A stretch of DNA of 64,000 nt, taken from contig NW_027191405.1 of assembly GCF_041146345.1 (NCBI RefSeq), positions 1,674,001 to 1,738,000 on the forward strand. Direction: 5' to 3'. Position 1 is the first letter of the stretch, and each line of letters opens with the position of its first letter. A program made the position numbers and the translations under genes. This stretch comes from Neodothiora populina. Taxonomy: Eukaryota. The notes under the pieces are model-generated. The model was given only the letters and a program-made list of their open reading frames with translations, was not told the origin of the DNA and made no database searches. Below, piece after piece: positions 59,624-64,000 of the stretch.

Positions 59624-62164
59624 TGGACTTCGTAATGTGTTTTTTGGAGTATAAACGGGGGGCTGCTTTATGTATTCTATGCCATATCAGTCGAGTCGAG
59701 AGAATTGCACTCTCCAGGCCATGAATGCGTCCACCAGGGCTAGGATGGGTTTTTGAAGGAAGGGAAGGACTGAAACACGATGTATGTATGACAACTGAGA
59801 AATTCCCCACTCATTCGCAACTGCGAGAGTGACAGCGCAGATACGTGGAGGCGGAGGCAGACATCGGTGGAAGTGGCCGTGTTGAGCATGGTTAGGTCGA
59901 AACAGCGGTACAGCCCGAGGTCAGAGGTAGATGGGTCATGAAAGAAGTAGCAAAGGAGAGGTAAAGGGAAACATGCTTTATTTGGTAGCCAACACTCGAA
60001 TCCAACATCTGATGACAATGGCTGTTGAGACGGGCCTAGACATAGTCACCTGTCATCACCTCAAATAAGCGATGAAAAGGTCAGTGCGATATGAGCATGC
60101 AGAGCCTAGAGCGCCAACGGACCAGCCACGAGCGTAGAATATCGTGTAGCAGACGCGGGATCTTCGCGCTGCCCCTCATTGTGACCTTTATGGCTGACAA
60201 TCGCTTCGAATGTCTACAGATCATTCTGTAGTAGGAACGTCAATGACGTCCCTTTTGACAGCTCGGTCAAGCCTTCGGCAAGAGCTTGCCTAACCATCGA
60301 CAGATCAACCGTCCTCACGTTCGTGGTCAAGCGTTGTTTGATCTCATACAGGCCGAGCTTAGTAAGTAGGTCCTACCGGATGATCCGCAGCGCTATTTGT
60401 CGCAAGATTGACACAGGGAAGGCAGTGGGGAAGCGTGTTGTCAGGGCATGAACTGTGAGCTGACCATTTGAGCCCTGCGTGGCTTCTTTATACTGCTTCG
60501 AAGCATGAGCGAGTTGGTCGACACCTTCAGGGCGATGATGCCCTTCTTAGATGTCGGACTGACGGTACCGGTGCCCTCGAGATTGGTGTCACCACCTTTG
60601 CTTGTCCCACAACAATAACATATCCAGGGATGATGCGAATTAAACCCGCTGAAACAGAAACACTGGGCTAGACCATGTCTGTGAGCTGTATGAGCTTTCC
60701 TACCACCAACCGACACTTGCACAGAACAGATTGATGATGTACCACAAAGAGCATGGCATACAACAGAATTGGAATCACAGCTGTGCGAGTCGACAGTCCC
60801 AGTCGTGAATCGGAAAGCGATGCTAGTCTGAGGGGCTGTCTACCTATGAGGGATGATGTCAAGGCTCACGAAGGAACGAACGACACTGCCAACAACAACA
60901 ACAACAGAAAGGTAAGGCATGGTACAAAGGAGTGAGAAGGAGCATAGTCATCTGTAGGGCGTGTTCTAAGGTATGTTTACAGCGATTGTGGGATGCTGGT
61001 CGTTTGCGTCTAGACCTGGTACTGTATTCACTCCTCTACTGTGCAATTATTGTTGTCTTCAGCCTAAAACTACACAGAATTTGACAGGCATAAGTGACGC
61101 GAAGGAGCTAAAAAGTATTTCAGTCCTCAAACAAGCAGGGGAGGGGTAGTCGGAAGTTCTAGGGTAAGATGACCCTGCTTTCTTCCTACTACATATACAA
61201 ATACTTGTACGGAGTACTACTGTCCATATACTGTGCATGGTTCCAATGACCTGGCGACTGTGCTGTACACTCCAGCAACGGAACCAGCTCAAAAACGGAA
61301 AGAGGTATAATTACCTACCTACCTTGACAGCGTTATGGCTCCGCACGGCTAAGGTAGCCACCCCGCATGCCGCAAGCTCACAGGGCTGAGATTTCACTGT
61401 GGGGCGATCCTCCTGTGGCCTCTTATCGTGAGTTCCAATTGTCCATGGTAACGTTCTACCTAGCACCTTCGTTCCGCGGTGTTTTATAAGCAAGCTCTGG
61501 CATTCTACGGTAAAGGACTGCACTGCATGGGATCAAAATTGTCGCCATGGAGCCATACTCTGCTGGTACACGATGCAGCCTTCTTGTCCCTGTCCGCGCG
61601 GCTGCGGACGAGGACTATCGCTTTACGTGGCGCCCTTGTTGGTTGATGTATTGACAAGTTTGCATACTGCATGCGCGGTGACCCGAAAGCGAGGCTCACG
61701 TATGTCCCAAGAGTATGTACACTTATCCTGTTTGCGCTACTCACACCGTACCCTGCGTACAGCCCTATGAAGACCTTCGTAGAAGATGCACGAAAGAGTT
61801 CCACGTCTGCCAATGAGGGGCGCGGACCAGGCGGTATGGGATTGGAGGTTACCTGAATCCACATGGGAGGCCTCGCTACCACTCGCTCAAGGCCGTGGTA
61901 GTGGCTGCCGCCTTCACATGGTATTCACGCTAAAACAGCCAGGGTTCTAATCCTCTATAGAGCTTGCCTGTTACAAGGCGCGGCGCTGCACTCGTTATGT
62001 TGATCTATATGAGGCCACACCCTCGAGGCTGAAGCTCGATGTGAATCGTAGATTAAGTCAGGTTGGTGAGCTTTTCTGATTATCATAGTGCACCTCTCCA
62101 TCACTGCTCTTGCTTCCTTTCTTGATAGACACGCAATATCAGCTGGCTTGAATCTAGCACAATC

Positions 62165-63158
62165 ATGAATCGGCACTCATCGAGCTATGCGTGTGCATGC
62201 TCCCCACATGTCCCACACAAACACCACTCTGTGTCACATGCGACCAGCAGTGCTTTCAGTGCCAGTGCAAACCCGGACGAAGACTGGACTAAGATATCTG
62301 ACCTCGCGGAAAGACGTAGAATACAGAACAGAATCGCCCAAAGAAATTACAGTAAGTGTGGTGGTGGTTTCCATTCAGCACATTAGCTTACCTCGTACAA
62401 GGAAAGAAACTCAAGAGGCGCCTAGAGGATCTCGAACGGAGGGCGGCGTCCTCGTCCACTTCGCCATCTCCCGAACAAAAATATACACAGCTCGACCGAT
62501 CGGCTCTAGATCGCAGTGAGACACCGAGCAGAGCAGACACTTCCCGCAACTCTATAGAGCAGCCTTATAGCAATCCTCAAAGGCCCGAGTATCTGCTACC
62601 ATTGCAGCAAGGTCCAGTCGACGACAAGGGAATGTTCTCTTATCAACATACTCGTCAACTTTCCACATCTCCTCCGCCACTCATCTCCTACCAACCTCTG
62701 TCTTCCTCTGTGGACCGAACAGGGTCTTACTTCCCAGACTCACGGAAGCAGAATTATTTTACCATTCCCATCTCAACCTCGGACACATCATATCTTGCAG
62801 GATCCGGTCATGCCTACGCTAATCACCCATCGAGTCAACCACCCTCGACTGTCAAGCAAGAATACTACGAGGAAGACGATGTGAACCCTTTCAGCCTGAG
62901 CTATGCCTCTATGGCAGGAGTCGATGTTCCGAACACATATAGCTACCACACACCTATGGCTCTCGTAGGCAGACCCATGTATTGAGCCGTGTAGGACATG
63001 GCGCTAATGTCGTGCGACAGACGCCAGCCTTGTCCGACAGCTACGAGTATTCCAATACCGGTTCGCCCTTGGAGTATAGCCATCCGCTATCTCCTGGGAT
63101 GCCGTTGACTCCGCCATCGCAGACGTATGAATCATACAGAACCTTCGAAAAGCTGTGA
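62165..63158 (+). CDS. bZIP transcription factor; exons 62165-62351, 62402-62964, 63021-63158
   Basis: SSAFSASANPDEDWTKISDLAERRRIQNRIAQRNY/RKKLKRRLEDLERRA basic region and zipper; NPFSLSYASMAG motif; two GT-AG introns in phase. Confidence 0.9.
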
Positions 63159-64000
63159 TGGATCCGGATCGTAGCTTGGCTGATTCTTCACACAAAATCA
63201 TGATCAAGGGTGGCGGCTTGGAAAACTCTATAGCGCGGCGTTGGATTTTTTACGCTGAGCCTCGGACGTGGCGGGTTTTTTTTTCGCGCGCCAATACCAC
63301 ACATTCGCTTTTGGGAAGCATGGCGTTCCAAGGATATACCTCCTTACCATAGTTGCTGTGCACTTTAGGTACACATGCACATCCCAGTCGCATGAAGTGA
63401 AATGCTTCAGCATATTCCTCATCGAATTTGTCATTCTTACACGAGTTTCGTTACTGAATAATAGTTGAAGTAGCTCTTTAGGTACGAAATCGTAACGAGC
63501 CGCGTAGCCGGTATACGGGCCCCATTGTCTGCCTGATGTTTCGGCAAACGTACATGTGGCAGGTGCCCCAATGGATCTCGTGCTTGAGAGAACAGCCGAA
63601 ACCGTAGCAGCTCGGAAATGCAAGAGTATATGCCTGTACCCACGTGTGCCGTACGAGTACGATATGCATAGCCGCATGGGCGATGCGCCAACATGCGACC
63701 GCGCCAAGAATAAGGCGGGCAAGGCGCGCATCGATTTAGTTATCCGATACATCTGACCCCACCCCACTCTGCTCAGAACTGTTCGCTGCATGCCTTACGT
63801 ACTGAATCGACCGGAGATAACGCCACTTGATCTATTTCAACACGGACAGCGCGACAGAGCGATACTGTTCGTAGAGGTACATACGATGAGTGAAACAGGG
63901 TTGGCGTTGTTCGGGGGCCTTCGGTGGGTACAGAATGGACATGATTAGAAAGACACCGCAACTAAAGCAAAGCAGTCCCTGGGACTCAAGTGATTGGACG

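Overview
64 kb of a filamentous ascomycete (Pezizomycotina) nuclear genome: intron-containing genes with GT-AG boundaries and CTRAY branch sites, no operon or prokaryotic features. I can support 21 protein-coding genes: a homeobox TF, a HAD glycerol-phosphate phosphatase, NUG1, VPS26, PUT2, a CLC channel, a 1950-aa low-complexity protein, a hypothetical protein, a GNAT, an RGS-like/LOV photoreceptor, an alpha/beta-hydrolase lacking its catalytic Ser, a kynurenine formamidase-like hydrolase, TIM54, a single-pass membrane protein, a DUF3824-like protein, a signal-peptide agmatinase, Fpg, NAT1/NAA15, two bHLH TFs and a bZIP TF. No tRNA, rRNA, CRISPR or intact mobile element was found. Best candidate for an undescribed system: a head-to-head pair of paralogous soluble SREBP-type (ERRYR) bHLH-zipper genes, each ending in CxxC. 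Their shared ~1 kb promoter has five CAGGTG E-boxes, an SRE-like site and an inverted twin motif. Also notable: the LOV photoreceptor, the adjacent pseudo-hydrolase, unusually long structured introns in the HAD gene and a RIP-like TpA-rich patch. Exon boundaries were read by hand and family names come from recalled motifs, not database searches.
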